This document shows, in pieces, positions 11,781-21,612 of a stretch of DNA of 64,000 nt. Made by a program: the position numbers and the translations under genes. Every line of letters starts with the position of its first letter. Position 1 is the first letter of the stretch. The DNA is from Bdellovibrionales bacterium (GTDB lineage Bacteria; Bdellovibrionota; Bdellovibrionia; Bdellovibrionales; UBA1609): the NCBI GenBank assembly GCA_965261545.1, contig CBDHDF010000011.1:832001-896000 (forward strand), written 5' to 3'. Under the pieces are notes generated by a model. That model made no database searches and was not told the origin of the DNA. It saw only the letters and a list, made by a program, of their open reading frames with translations.

Positions 11781-12207
11781 AGTCCCCCCTTTGGTGAAAG
11801 TTTCTCTTTAATTTTTATATTAACATACGTTTTTTTGAGGGAAAAAAGTGAGCAAGGATGTCTTTTAAGAAGAAAAAAATCAGAGAGGTTCTCGGAGAAC
11901 ATGGATAAGAATTCTACCTCATAGAGAGGCTCCCACGCCTCCTAAAACCTACATAAAAAATAAATGAAGAATAAAATATCAAAAATTATTTCTCTGAAAA
12001 AACACGTCAAGTATTTTTTGAAGTTGATGCGCATAGGTGTTCGTGGTTTTTTTCTAATTTTAATTCCGAATTAATGGAAATACTTTTCAAGCCTCCTTTT
12101 TTACATAGAGGGAAGTGGGCGATTTATAAATATTTATAGATGGTATTTTGAGAAATGGACGCAGATTGACATTTGATATCCACGACAAGCCATGTGTTTT
12201 AAGAGAC

Positions 12208-12670
12208 TTAATTGTGTAACGAAAGAACTGTGGACTTTTGGGAACAACAGAATTTAAATTTCTTTCCACTTCCGCATGGACAGGATTGATTTCTTTCAAT
12301 TTTTTCGCTTTGGTCATTTTTCTGCTGTGATGCCGACATATCTTCAGTTACAATTTTTTTTCTTTTCATCTTCCAAATCCTCATCCAAATTATCAAAAAG
12401 AATATCTCCTAGATTCTGGTGAAAGTAACGATTTTTAAATTGAGATATGAGCATCATAAAAATACATGTAAGAACCAAAAGTGTGAGTGAAGCAAAAAAC
12501 AAAGAAGATGCTTGCATCTGAGTTAATGGGAGGATGAGTGCCAGTAAATAACCAAATCCAAATACCAATAAGGAAATAAAAAGAGATATAAAGGATCCCA
12601 AAGAAAGTAATATTAAAAGTCCAAAAATCATTGCTATTTTTTGCTCCTGTCGAATACAATGAATCCGCAT
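12208..12670 (-). pseudogene. SEC-C passenger gene, copy 2, frameshifted in a poly-A run
   Basis: Split into ORFs 12344-12670 and 12208-12396, unlike the intact 154-aa copies. Confidence 0.8.
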
Positions 12671-12775
12671 AGATACAAGTGAGTTATCTACAGACTTAAT
12701 GATTCTCGCGTTAGTATCTTAATAGGTCAAGATTAATTGGAGGAAATTTTTATTTTTTAAACGCAGGGGGCAAAT

Positions 12776-14020
12776 ATGAGCACGGAAGCTCAAACACTTA
12801 AAACGATCAAAAAATGTTTCAAGAAAGTTATTCCTGAAAAGGACTCTCGGGCAACCATTCCACCTCTTGAGTTTATTGTGGCTCTTGTCTTGTCATTCCA
12901 GGGAGACTCTAAGACATATTCAATAGAGGGAATTAGGAGGTTTATGATAAGTCATTTAGGGTTAAGAATTGAAAGACACAGCTTCTGGGAAAGACTCTCT
13001 AGAAAAAGATTAAAAAAGCTTCTGAGTAAACTGGTTGAAATGCTCATGATAAAGCTATCTCATGGAGCTTTTCATGGGAGCAAAGCCATATTATTACAAC
13101 TGGGAGTCTCAGACGTTCTTCTTGTTGACTCAAGCACAATAAGCCTTTGGGATGGAGCATCTGAGAATTTTCCAGGGACAAGAACAAACGCAGGAATTAA
13201 ATGGCACGCTTGTTTCAGTTTATTCAGTGGTATAATGACTTGGTTCGAATTAACTCCGTCTTCCACTAACGATAGGAAGTGCTTTCCTGATATAAAGGAA
13301 CTCGTTGGAAAATTAGTCATCTTTGATTTGGGATATTGGGACTATGGCTTATTGTCATCTATTCATGAAGCTAAAGGATTTTTCTTGTCTAGAGTGAAGT
13401 CAAATGCCTCTATTCTTATTGATGCTGTTGTTGAAGGTTTGCCAGATTACTATGTTGGAAAAGAGTTCTCTGATATTAAACTCAAGAAAAAAAACGATGT
13501 TGTTGAATTTATAGGCAGTGTCTTGTCCAATGGTAAATGGGTAAGTTTGAGAATTGTAGGCTTCTGGAATTCCTCCGAAAAACGCTATCATTGGTATTGC
13601 ACGAATTTAGATGTGGCAGCGGAGTCCATATATCCAATTTATCGTTTACGTTGGCAATGTGAACTTATTTTCAAATCTTGTAAGAATTCTTTGAATGCAA
13701 ATCAGATCACCTCAAACGATCAAAATATCATAGAGAGTCTTCTTCTTGCTTCATTAGCGGCTCACCTCACATCAAGTGTTGTTTTGAGGATAGGAAGAAC
13801 TAAACTCAATAAGGAACAAAATGACTCCACATCGTTTCAAAGAGTTGCTAAGGTTACCGTCTTATTAGCCTCTGATTTTATCAAATATCTCCTAAGCTCA
13901 TCTCAAAAGTATTTAAATATTTTGATAGAGAAGATCAAGATATTCTCCCATGAAATTTATGACACAAACTACCGACGGCGAAAAACATCAATGAATATGG
14001 CTAAAAAGGTCTTGCTATGA
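12776..14020 (+). CDS. IS4-family transposase (414 aa)
   Basis: LLVDSSTI, IFDLGY and YRLRWQCELIFK (YREK) motifs. Confidence 0.9.
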   Translation: MSTEAQTLKTIKKCFKKVIPEKDSRATIPPLEFIVALVLSFQGDSKTYSIEGIRRFMISHLGLRIERHSFWERLSRKRLKKLLSKLVEMLMIKLSHGAFHGSKAILLQLGVSDVLLVDSSTISLWDGASENFPGTRTNAGIKWHACFSLFSGIMTWFELTPSSTNDRKCFPDIKELVGKLVIFDLGYWDYGLLSSIHEAKGFFLSRVKSNASILIDAVVEGLPDYYVGKEFSDIKLKKKNDVVEFIGSVLSNGKWVSLRIVGFWNSSEKRYHWYCTNLDVAAESIYPIYRLRWQCELIFKSCKNSLNANQITSNDQNIIESLLLASLAAHLTSSVVLRIGRTKLNKEQNDSTSFQRVAKVTVLLASDFIKYLLSSSQKYLNILIEKIKIFSHEIYDTNYRRRKTSMNMAKKVLL

Positions 14021-14355
14021 AAGAATAAAAAACCACGAACACCTATGAGTTGATGCGCAACGTAATGTTATTTCCCTGAAGGAGGTTTGAAATCACCACG
14101 GTGGAAACACAGGTTGATCCAACTCTTCCTCTCATATCAAGTAACGCAGTTGATAGCCACATAAGTCACTGAAAGGGAGGGGCTGTGAAAGGTTCGTCAA
14201 GAGAGGGGGAGGGGAACTTATTTTATTTTTCCGTTTTATGTAAGTAACTGAATTTACACGGATTATGTTTGATGGACTCCATTTTAAAGCATAAAATCTA
14301 AAGGGAAGGCATGTAAATACTTAAAACTACTTAACTTTCTTCCCTGGACAGGAAC

Positions 14356-14791
14356 TAGTTATAACTTTGGGGGATTTCAGGTAGGTATATTTTCTTGACA
14401 TACTTTTTCATAGACGAATGGCATTGATCCTTCACATACTTCTTCACAGTGTTCCGACTAACACCCATAGCTCGAGCTATTTGTCTCGAACTGAGTCCAA
14501 ACTCTATGTATTTCTTAATATTATTGATCATTCTTGCTCCTTTTTTCTTACCTTGTTTGCCCTAGACACCTCCTCGTTAATGCGTAGCGCAGAAAGAATA
14601 TCTATGAAGATCTAAGTGGGTCAATGTTTGGTGAAATTCAGTGGGTCAAACCAGGTGAAATTTTGCAGCTTGCGATGACTTCCAGGAAATCATTCTGGAC
14701 CGACCGACTTGTCAAGATAAAAAATTAAAGGTAGGGTGAATCTTGTCAGATCGCCCTAAATGGCCTGGTTTAACCCGCCCATCGGGGGTGA
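14356..14791. mobile_element. Stack of orphan IS ends: IS1634-like, IS4-like, IS21-C left and IS21-B right
   Basis: ATAACTTTGGGGGATTTCAGG at 14361-14381; ACGAATGGCATTG at 14414-14426; matches to 3246-3510 and to parts of 2805-3120. Confidence 0.75.
14709..14737 (+). promoter_or_regulatory. Putative outward sigma70 promoter in IS21-B right end
   Basis: TTGTCA-17 bp-TAGGGT, about 65 bp upstream of the PMM/PGM ORF. Confidence 0.45.
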
Positions 14792-14803
14792 AGAGCAAAG
14801 GCA

Positions 14804-16252
14804 ATGATAGATGAGGTGATTATGAATGATACAGCAATGGATGGTGCGACAATAAATGACGCAACAACAGATGAAATGATGATGGATGAAGTGATTTTCA
14901 GAGAATATGACATACGCGGTATTCCTGGTAAAAATTTTGACAACAAATTTGCTCGAAACCTAGGAAGAGCCATCACCACCTTTGTCGCCCGTGACCAAAA
15001 TGTTGAGACTCCAGGTATTTCCATCTCCTTTGATGCTCGTCACAGCAGCCCCCATTTGGCAAAAGCCATCTCACAGGGGGTTGTGGAGTCCGGAGGGACG
15101 GCTATTCAACTGGGACTTAGCACCACCCCCATGAATTACTACTCCCTTTTCACCTTGGAAAATGTCCACGGTGGAGTGATGATTACGGGAAGTCACAACC
15201 CCAAGGAGTACAACGGCTTCAAAGTATCCTCAGGACAAACCACACTTTTTGGGCAAAATATACAGCTTCTCAAAGAACTTATTCTCCAAAGGGACTTCAT
15301 TTCTGGACAAGGCTCTATTTCACAGCACAATATCTTTGACCACTACGTCGAGCGGTACAAACGGGAGTTTGGCATTTTGAACAATATCCCCTTGGTCTTA
15401 GATTGTGGAAATGGCACTGCGGGCTGTATTGCAAGGCGACTCTATGAAGCCATAGGACTCAAACCCCATATTCTTTTTGAAACTCCAGATGGAGATTTTC
15501 CCAACCACCACCCCGACCCCACCGTGGCTGAAAACCTTGCCGCCCTCCAAGCCAAAGTGAAAGAAACAAACTCACTTATCGGAATTGGCTTTGATGGAGA
15601 CTCTGACCGCATCGGGCTGGTGGATGATACGGGACGTATCATCTGCGGTGATGAATTCATGGCCATTTGCAGCCGAAGTATTCTCAAGGATCACCCTGGC
15701 CAAAAGATCATTGGAGACGTCAAATGCTCCGATGAGCTTTACAATGATATTCAAAAGCAGGGGGGCATCCCCATTATGTGGAAAACAGGACATAGCCTTA
15801 TCAAAGAAAAAATCCGGCGAGAAAAAGCCCCCTTTGGTGGAGAGTTAAGCGGACATATTTTCTTTGCTGACCGCAATTATGGATACGATGATGCTCTCTA
15901 TGCCGGCCTAAGAATTGTGGAGATTCTATCTAAAACAGGCAAAACCATTGGGGAGTTGCTCGAAGGCCTCCCCAAGGTTTACAACACACCTGAAATCAGA
16001 ATTGACACCACAGAAGAGAAAAAACACTCCATTGTTGAGAAACTAAAATCTAAATTTTCAACAAACAGTGACGAGTACTCCATAAACACCATCGACGGTA
16101 TTCGAGTTAGCTTCCACGGCTGTGGGTGGGCTCTCGCTCGAGCATCTCATACACAGCCCGTTCTCGTCTTAAGATTTGAAGCCAACACAGAGGAAAACCT
16201 AAAGAAAATTCAAGAATGCTTTGAAGACACCATCAAGCCTCTTTTAGGATAA
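14804..16252 (+). CDS. Phosphomannomutase/phosphoglucomutase (AlgC/ManB-like)
   Basis: IFREYDIRG, TGSHNP (phosphoserine), FDGDSDR (metal binding) and GELSGH (sugar binding) motifs; true start may be near 14879. Confidence 0.95.
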   Translation: MIDEVIMNDTAMDGATINDATTDEMMMDEVIFREYDIRGIPGKNFDNKFARNLGRAITTFVARDQNVETPGISISFDARHSSPHLAKAISQGVVESGGTAIQLGLSTTPMNYYSLFTLENVHGGVMITGSHNPKEYNGFKVSSGQTTLFGQNIQLLKELILQRDFISGQGSISQHNIFDHYVERYKREFGILNNIPLVLDCGNGTAGCIARRLYEAIGLKPHILFETPDGDFPNHHPDPTVAENLAALQAKVKETNSLIGIGFDGDSDRIGLVDDTGRIICGDEFMAICSRSILKDHPGQKIIGDVKCSDELYNDIQKQGGIPIMWKTGHSLIKEKIRREKAPFGGELSGHIFFADRNYGYDDALYAGLRIVEILSKTGKTIGELLEGLPKVYNTPEIRIDTTEEKKHSIVEKLKSKFSTNSDEYSINTIDGIRVSFHGCGWALARASHTQPVLVLRFEANTEENLKKIQECFEDTIKPLLG

Positions 16253-16294
16253 ATCTCATTTTATGATAAATTTCCTTAGAGGCCAAGAATGGCT

Positions 16295-16636
16295 TTATAG
16301 ACCAAGGATTACTTTATAAGCTCCAGCCAACTGAAAGCTAATGACAAGGGCGTAGATCACAAGAGACTCAATAAGCACAAGACCTAAAATCATAGGAACA
16401 AACATGGCCTTCTGTGCTTGAGGGTTTCTAGCGATCCCATCCATAGCTGCCGCACCGATCTTGCTCTGCCCTAAAGCTCCACCTAAAGCTGCCACTCCAA
16501 TAGCAACACCGGCCCCAATAGCATATTCACCCACTCCCATGGTACTTGCAGTACGAGATGCCTCTTCTGCCCAAGCGGAGGAAGAAAAGAAAAGTGTTAT
16601 AAAACTAAAGAAAGTTGTTTTTGTTGTTTTTCCCAT
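16295..16636 (-). CDS. atpE: F0F1 ATP synthase subunit c with N-terminal leader
   Basis: Gly-rich helix, IARNP loop, LIES ion-binding Glu. Confidence 0.95.
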   Translation of the reverse strand: MGKTTKTTFFSFITLFFSSSAWAEEASRTASTMGVGEYAIGAGVAIGVAALGGALGQSKIGAAAMDGIARNPQAQKAMFVPMILGLVLIESLVIYALVISFQLAGAYKVILGL

Positions 16637-16724
16637 ATGACTCTCCTGTGTTCTTGTCCTATGTTATTTGTATATAAACGAACGATTTAATGAACTGTTT
16701 ACTAAAATAAACTATCTTTGCCTT

Positions 16725-17411
16725 TTAATGATCATGAGATATCGCCAGAGACACATATATCATACTTAACATCGTAAAAACAAAAGCTTGCATAAAGCAG
16801 ACAAATAAGCCCAACATGTAAAAAATAACGGGAACCCCGGTATAGGGAAGTAAATCTAAAAATATCCCCAGCACAGTATGATCCCCTAGCATATTCCCAT
16901 AGAGCCTCAAGCCCAAACTTATAGGTCGAACAATGTGAGAAATCAACTCGATAATGAGCATAAGAGGGGCCAAAAGGACAAGGGGGCCTAAAAATTGCTT
17001 CACATAGGCGAAACCATGCTCTTTGATCCCATAAAAATTGTAAATCACAAATGAAAATAAACCAATGGCAATGGTTGTGTTGATATTCTCAGTGGCTGGC
17101 GTCATCCCCGGAAGAAGCCCCAGAAGATTATTGACAAGTATAAAGAAAAACAATGAGGCAAAGAGAGGAGCAAACCACCGCCCCCTCTTTCCAATCATCA
17201 TATCAGACAGCGAAGCAAGAAACTCCGTGATAAGTTCAAATACACCCTTCAATGAAAAGCGACCGGAAGGTGCTATGGCGGCCTCTCCACGACCTAAAGC
17301 CAGACGAGCCAACACACTAAGCACAGCAATAACCAGGGTTGCCGCAGCCATTGTCGCCACATGCACCATATCGTGCTCAACCCATAATTGCACCCAATTA
17401 AAATGGACCAT
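16725..17411 (-). CDS. atpB: F0F1 ATP synthase subunit a
   Basis: NLLGLLP, RPISLGLRLYGNM and QAFVFTML motifs; start taken as MVHFNW. Confidence 0.95.
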   Translation of the reverse strand: MVHFNWVQLWVEHDMVHVATMAAATLVIAVLSVLARLALGRGEAAIAPSGRFSLKGVFELITEFLASLSDMMIGKRGRWFAPLFASLFFFILVNNLLGLLPGMTPATENINTTIAIGLFSFVIYNFYGIKEHGFAYVKQFLGPLVLLAPLMLIIELISHIVRPISLGLRLYGNMLGDHTVLGIFLDLLPYTGVPVIFYMLGLFVCFMQAFVFTMLSMIYVSLAISHDH

Positions 17412-17760
17412 CTTCACCCTTGCGAAAAAAAACCTCAAACAAAGCCATGGAAAAGAGGGCCGGGATAAAAACACTAATACCCAAAACCAAGGCGAGAGGA
17501 TCTACACTCTGAACCAAAACATAAAGAGTCCAGACCAACAACGCATACTTCAATACAATGACACCAGCAGCTAAGGCAATTGATTTTTTCACAAAAATTC
17601 GACGCCAAGCCCATATAAGAACCAAAATATTTAAAAACATAAGCAAAGATCCACAGTGGTAACCAAAAATATGACTTAGCGCACCATATTGAATAAAAAG
17701 AATCCAGCCAAACATATAAAAAAGAGTATAAGAGATAGAGAAGATAGACAGCATCAACAT
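17398..17760 (-). CDS. atpI: ATP synthase protein I-like membrane protein
   Basis: About 120 aa, hydrophobic, overlaps the atpB start; the longer ORF in the track begins inside the IS256 end. Confidence 0.65.
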   Translation of the reverse strand: MLMLSIFSISYTLFYMFGWILFIQYGALSHIFGYHCGSLLMFLNILVLIWAWRRIFVKKSIALAAGVIVLKYALLVWTLYVLVQSVDPLALVLGISVFIPALFSMALFEVFFRKGEDGPF

Positions 17761-18057
17761 AGCTTTTGGGGACTGTAAAAATAATTGTGTAACTGCAATT
17801 TTTTTCTTAAATCTTAAAGCCACTTATGTGGCTCCACTCCTGGTAAAAAGCACAGTCCCATATTATTCGTCAATGTATAATTGACATTTTTTCCTTCAAG
17901 CGATTTTGTCAGTCACAATGCATTATAAGTTAATGGGGAGGTGGACATCTTCGCTGGTCTATATAATTGGCCTCTTTAGTTACTCTGGACTTTTGATTGT
18001 ATTATGGAGCCGTAATGGGATCATATCAGAACTGGAAAGAACTCAAATAAATAATTA

Positions 18058-20203
18058 GTTCCTGTCCAGGGAAGAAAGTTAAGTAGTTTTAAGTATTTAC
18101 ATGCCTTCCCTTTAGATTTTATGCTTTAAAATGGAGTCCATCAAACATAATCCGTGTAAATTCAGTTACTTACATAAAACGGAAAAATAAAATAAGTTCC
18201 CCCCCCTCTCTTGACGAACCTTTCACAGCCCCTCCCTTTCAGTGACTTATGTGGCTATCAACTGCGTTACTTGATATGAGAGGAAGAGTTGGATCAACCT
18301 GTGTTTCCACCGTGGTGATTTCAAACCTCCTTCAGGGAAATAACATTACGTTGCGCATCAACTTCAAAAAATACTTGACGTGTTTTTTCAGAGAAATAAT
18401 TTTTGATATTTTATTCTTCATTTATTTTTTATGTAGGTTTTAGGAGGCGTGGGAACCTCTCTATGAGGTAGAATTCTTATCCATGTTCTCCGAGAACCTC
18501 TCTGATTTTTTTCTTCTTAAAAGACATCCTTGCTCACTTTTTTCCCTCAAAAAAACGTATGTTAATATAAAAATTAAAGAGAAACTTTCACCAAAGGGGG
18601 GACTATGCGCCATTTGAAGAAGACACAGTTGGGACTCTTTTCCCAATATCCTAACCACCAACTCAGTACAGAATTGCAGCAAATTAATAACATCATTGAT
18701 CGCCATCCAGAGTTTGCCCATATGGTTCATGAAGACCTTGTTAAAGAAAAGAAAGATTCTGGTGATATTGGTATGACATCGGAGCAAGTTCTCAAGGTGG
18801 CTATTCTTAAATCCATAAGAGGTCTTTCCTATCGTGCGTTAGCCTTTAATCTTGTCGATTCAGTATCCACCAGAGCTTTTCTGGGCCTTGAATTGGAAGA
18901 AAATTACGCTCACTCCACCTTACAGGACTTGATTGTTCAAATAAGTGAAGAAACTTGGGGAATTATTAGCGCCTCTTTAGTTTCAGATGCAAGAGATCAA
19001 AAGATTGAGCCGTGTAAGAAAATGAGATTGGACAGTACAGTGACGAAATCAAATATTCATCATCCAACGGATGCATCCCTTTTATATGACTGCATAAGAG
19101 TTACAGAAAGAGAATTTAAAAAAGTTCGTAAAAATGTCATGAAAGATTTTTGGCGACTTATTTCAAGAGAAGATCTTAAGAGAGCAAAAACCTTGCTTTA
19201 CAAAATTAATAATTCCAAAAATGATGCGGAAAGACTACCTTGCTATAAGGAGCTTTTAAAAATCGCTACCAAATTGAACAAAGGATTACCTGATACCATC
19301 AGAAAGATAAAAAAAGAACAAAAATGTGTGAAGATGAATGCTTTGAAAAAGAGTCTAAAACAGTTAGAAAATGTTGCCTTCTACCTGGAAAAAATCATCT
19401 TTCAAACTCAAAAAAGAGTTATTGAGGGGAAAAAAGTATCTTCTGAAAAAAAGGTCCTATCCATCTTTGAACCGCATACAGACATTATTGTAAAGGGGCA
19501 AAGAGAAGTCGAGTTTGGGCATAAAATCTTTTTGACCTCAGGGCAAAGCAACATGATTTTAGATTGTCAGATCCCTGATGGCAACCCCGCAGACTCTGAT
19601 ATGTTTTTAAAAGTTATGAATTCAGTGACACAAACCTATGGGGCTTGCCCTGTAAAAGTAAGTGCAGATGGTGGGTTTGCTTCAAAAGAAAATCTTGAAG
19701 AGGCCAAAGAGATGGGGGCTAAAGATGTTTGCTTCCCAGAAAAAAAAGGAATGAAAATATTAAAGATGGTTAAAAGTGCTTGGGTCTTTAAAAATCTTCT
19801 CAATTGGAGAGCCGGAATAGAGGCTGTTATTTCATTCCTTAAGAGATGTTTTGGTATGAGAGTTGCTTACTGGAAAGGGCATGATGGTTTTAAGAGGTAT
19901 GTAAAGAATGCCGTTTGTGCCTATAATTTTGTTGTCTTGGCAAGACATGAATTATCAACTGTCACCTAAATTTATCCATTAGGAATAACAGCAATGGACC
20001 AGGTCGAAGGTGCTAAAATCTTCCAAAGGTAGGGGTGCGTCTTCAAATCGAAAAAACTAGGGCGCAAGTCGCTTAAAGACCTTTTTCCCCTTAATCTGTA
20101 GAGTTTGTGTGGCAAATCTCCAACTCTCACTCCCCCATTGAGGCATTGGGAGGCTCAATGGGGAGTGTCAGAGAACAAAAAATGGGCCTTTCTGGACAGA
20201 AAC
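18058..20203 (+). mobile_element. ISNCY-type element, copy 3 (intact)
   Basis: Same ends; TSD TAATTA at 18052-18057 and 20204-20209. Confidence 0.92.
18605..19969 (+). CDS. ISNCY/IS5-like DDE transposase, copy 3
   Basis: Same protein as 5507-6871. Confidence 0.88.
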   Translation: MRHLKKTQLGLFSQYPNHQLSTELQQINNIIDRHPEFAHMVHEDLVKEKKDSGDIGMTSEQVLKVAILKSIRGLSYRALAFNLVDSVSTRAFLGLELEENYAHSTLQDLIVQISEETWGIISASLVSDARDQKIEPCKKMRLDSTVTKSNIHHPTDASLLYDCIRVTEREFKKVRKNVMKDFWRLISREDLKRAKTLLYKINNSKNDAERLPCYKELLKIATKLNKGLPDTIRKIKKEQKCVKMNALKKSLKQLENVAFYLEKIIFQTQKRVIEGKKVSSEKKVLSIFEPHTDIIVKGQREVEFGHKIFLTSGQSNMILDCQIPDGNPADSDMFLKVMNSVTQTYGACPVKVSADGGFASKENLEEAKEMGAKDVCFPEKKGMKILKMVKSAWVFKNLLNWRAGIEAVISFLKRCFGMRVAYWKGHDGFKRYVKNAVCAYNFVVLARHELSTVT

Positions 20204-21612
20204 TAATTATCATCTTGGTTGAAAAAAAATCAGCAATGGCTCTCTCAAAAAAATGGAAATTCCAATCTCATCAAAGGGTTCATGTGTTTAGGTTCCCATA
20301 CTATATTACCCCCTTTTTTTTATTTTTTTTAACTTAGGATATTCGAGAAATACCAGAATTGGGATGAAATATGAAAAAAAATGGAAACCCAAATCTGCAC
20401 CAAGAGGGCATGTATTTAGGTTCCCATACTATATTACCTAACCATAGTCTCGGTATTCCAGTACTTCTGTCAACGCCTTAGAGGGGCTTTTAAGCCCCCT
20501 TATAAGGCAGGTGGTGGACCTTATTAAAAAACTTAGTTGTCAAAACGGTCACCGTATTCAATGGCAAACCTGTTCATGGCTGGCTTCCAGTTGTGTAATG
20601 GTCGTGTCCATCGCTTAGAGGCCATTTTTATCGCTAAATATACAACTTTTAAAGCCGACCGATCACTGGGAAATATCTTACGATTTCTGATCGCCTTGCG
20701 GATCACGCTATTTAACGACTCTATGGCGTTTGTGGTATAAAAAATCTTTCTGATTTCATCCGGATAATCGAAAATAGTGATGAGATTGTCCCAATTCCTA
20801 CGCCAAGACTTTTCAATATTAGGATACTTTGAAGACCACTTGGTACAAAATTCCTCAAGGGCCTTTTCAGCTTCTGTCAGAGTCGTAGAGCCATAAATGG
20901 ACTTGAGGTCTTGGGCGACAGCTTTCATATCCTTGGAAGGAACATAGCGAAGGGAATTGCGGACCATATGGACAATGCACAGTTGCACTTTAGACTTGGG
21001 AAAAGCCGCTGAAATGGCTTGAGGAAAACCTGTAAGACCATCTACTGTTAGCTGACAATTAAAATGCCCCACCGTCGCCAATGAAAAGTGGCCACTTTTC
21101 AGAGGAGGACCTATGGTGATTTTTGGCATTGTCAACCGAGACGCATATAATCAATTGATATTACTCATAAAAAGGCTCCGAGCTGATAAGAACTCCTTTT
21201 GGGTTCTTGTCGACCTGGAAAGGGGCTCCGTGTTGGAGAGTCCTTCCATGACAGCCTATTCAGGTTCCATATTTGTCATTTGTAGACTGTTTCTGGATTT
21301 CAATGAGGTTAAATATATAGTCAAGAAAAGCCTGTTTAGGCTGTGCCCATTTTCTAAAGTATTTAAATTCCACAAGATTCCAACATTTGCCTCAATTTTC
21401 ATGGAATTTCTTTCTGAAGACAGGCTTCCCTTAAAGCCGTCGCCAATTAAAATGTCCCACTTTCAATATGGAGGTTGTCGCCAATGAAAAGTGACCAATC
21501 TTCAGGGAGTGTTCAAATACTAGACAATGAAGTCTCTTCTTCTGATATAGATACTAAGCTCACAGAGTCCCTCCCTCTTGCAACTCAAAAGGTTAGCAAT
21601 GAGGAGGATCTT

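Larger units (their letters stand above)
12032..14047 (+). mobile_element. IS4-family element carrying a SEC-C passenger gene (complete, 2016 bp)
   Basis: IR CATAGGTGTTCGTGGTTTTTT at both ends; 10-bp TSD AGTTGATGCG at 12022-12031 and 14048-14057. Confidence 0.92.
10184..14355 (-). mobile_element. ISNCY-type element, copy 2; transposase intact, upstream region interrupted by the IS4/SEC-C element
   Basis: Same ends as copy 1; flanks TACCTA and TAGTTA do not match, so there is no TSD. Confidence 0.9.
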
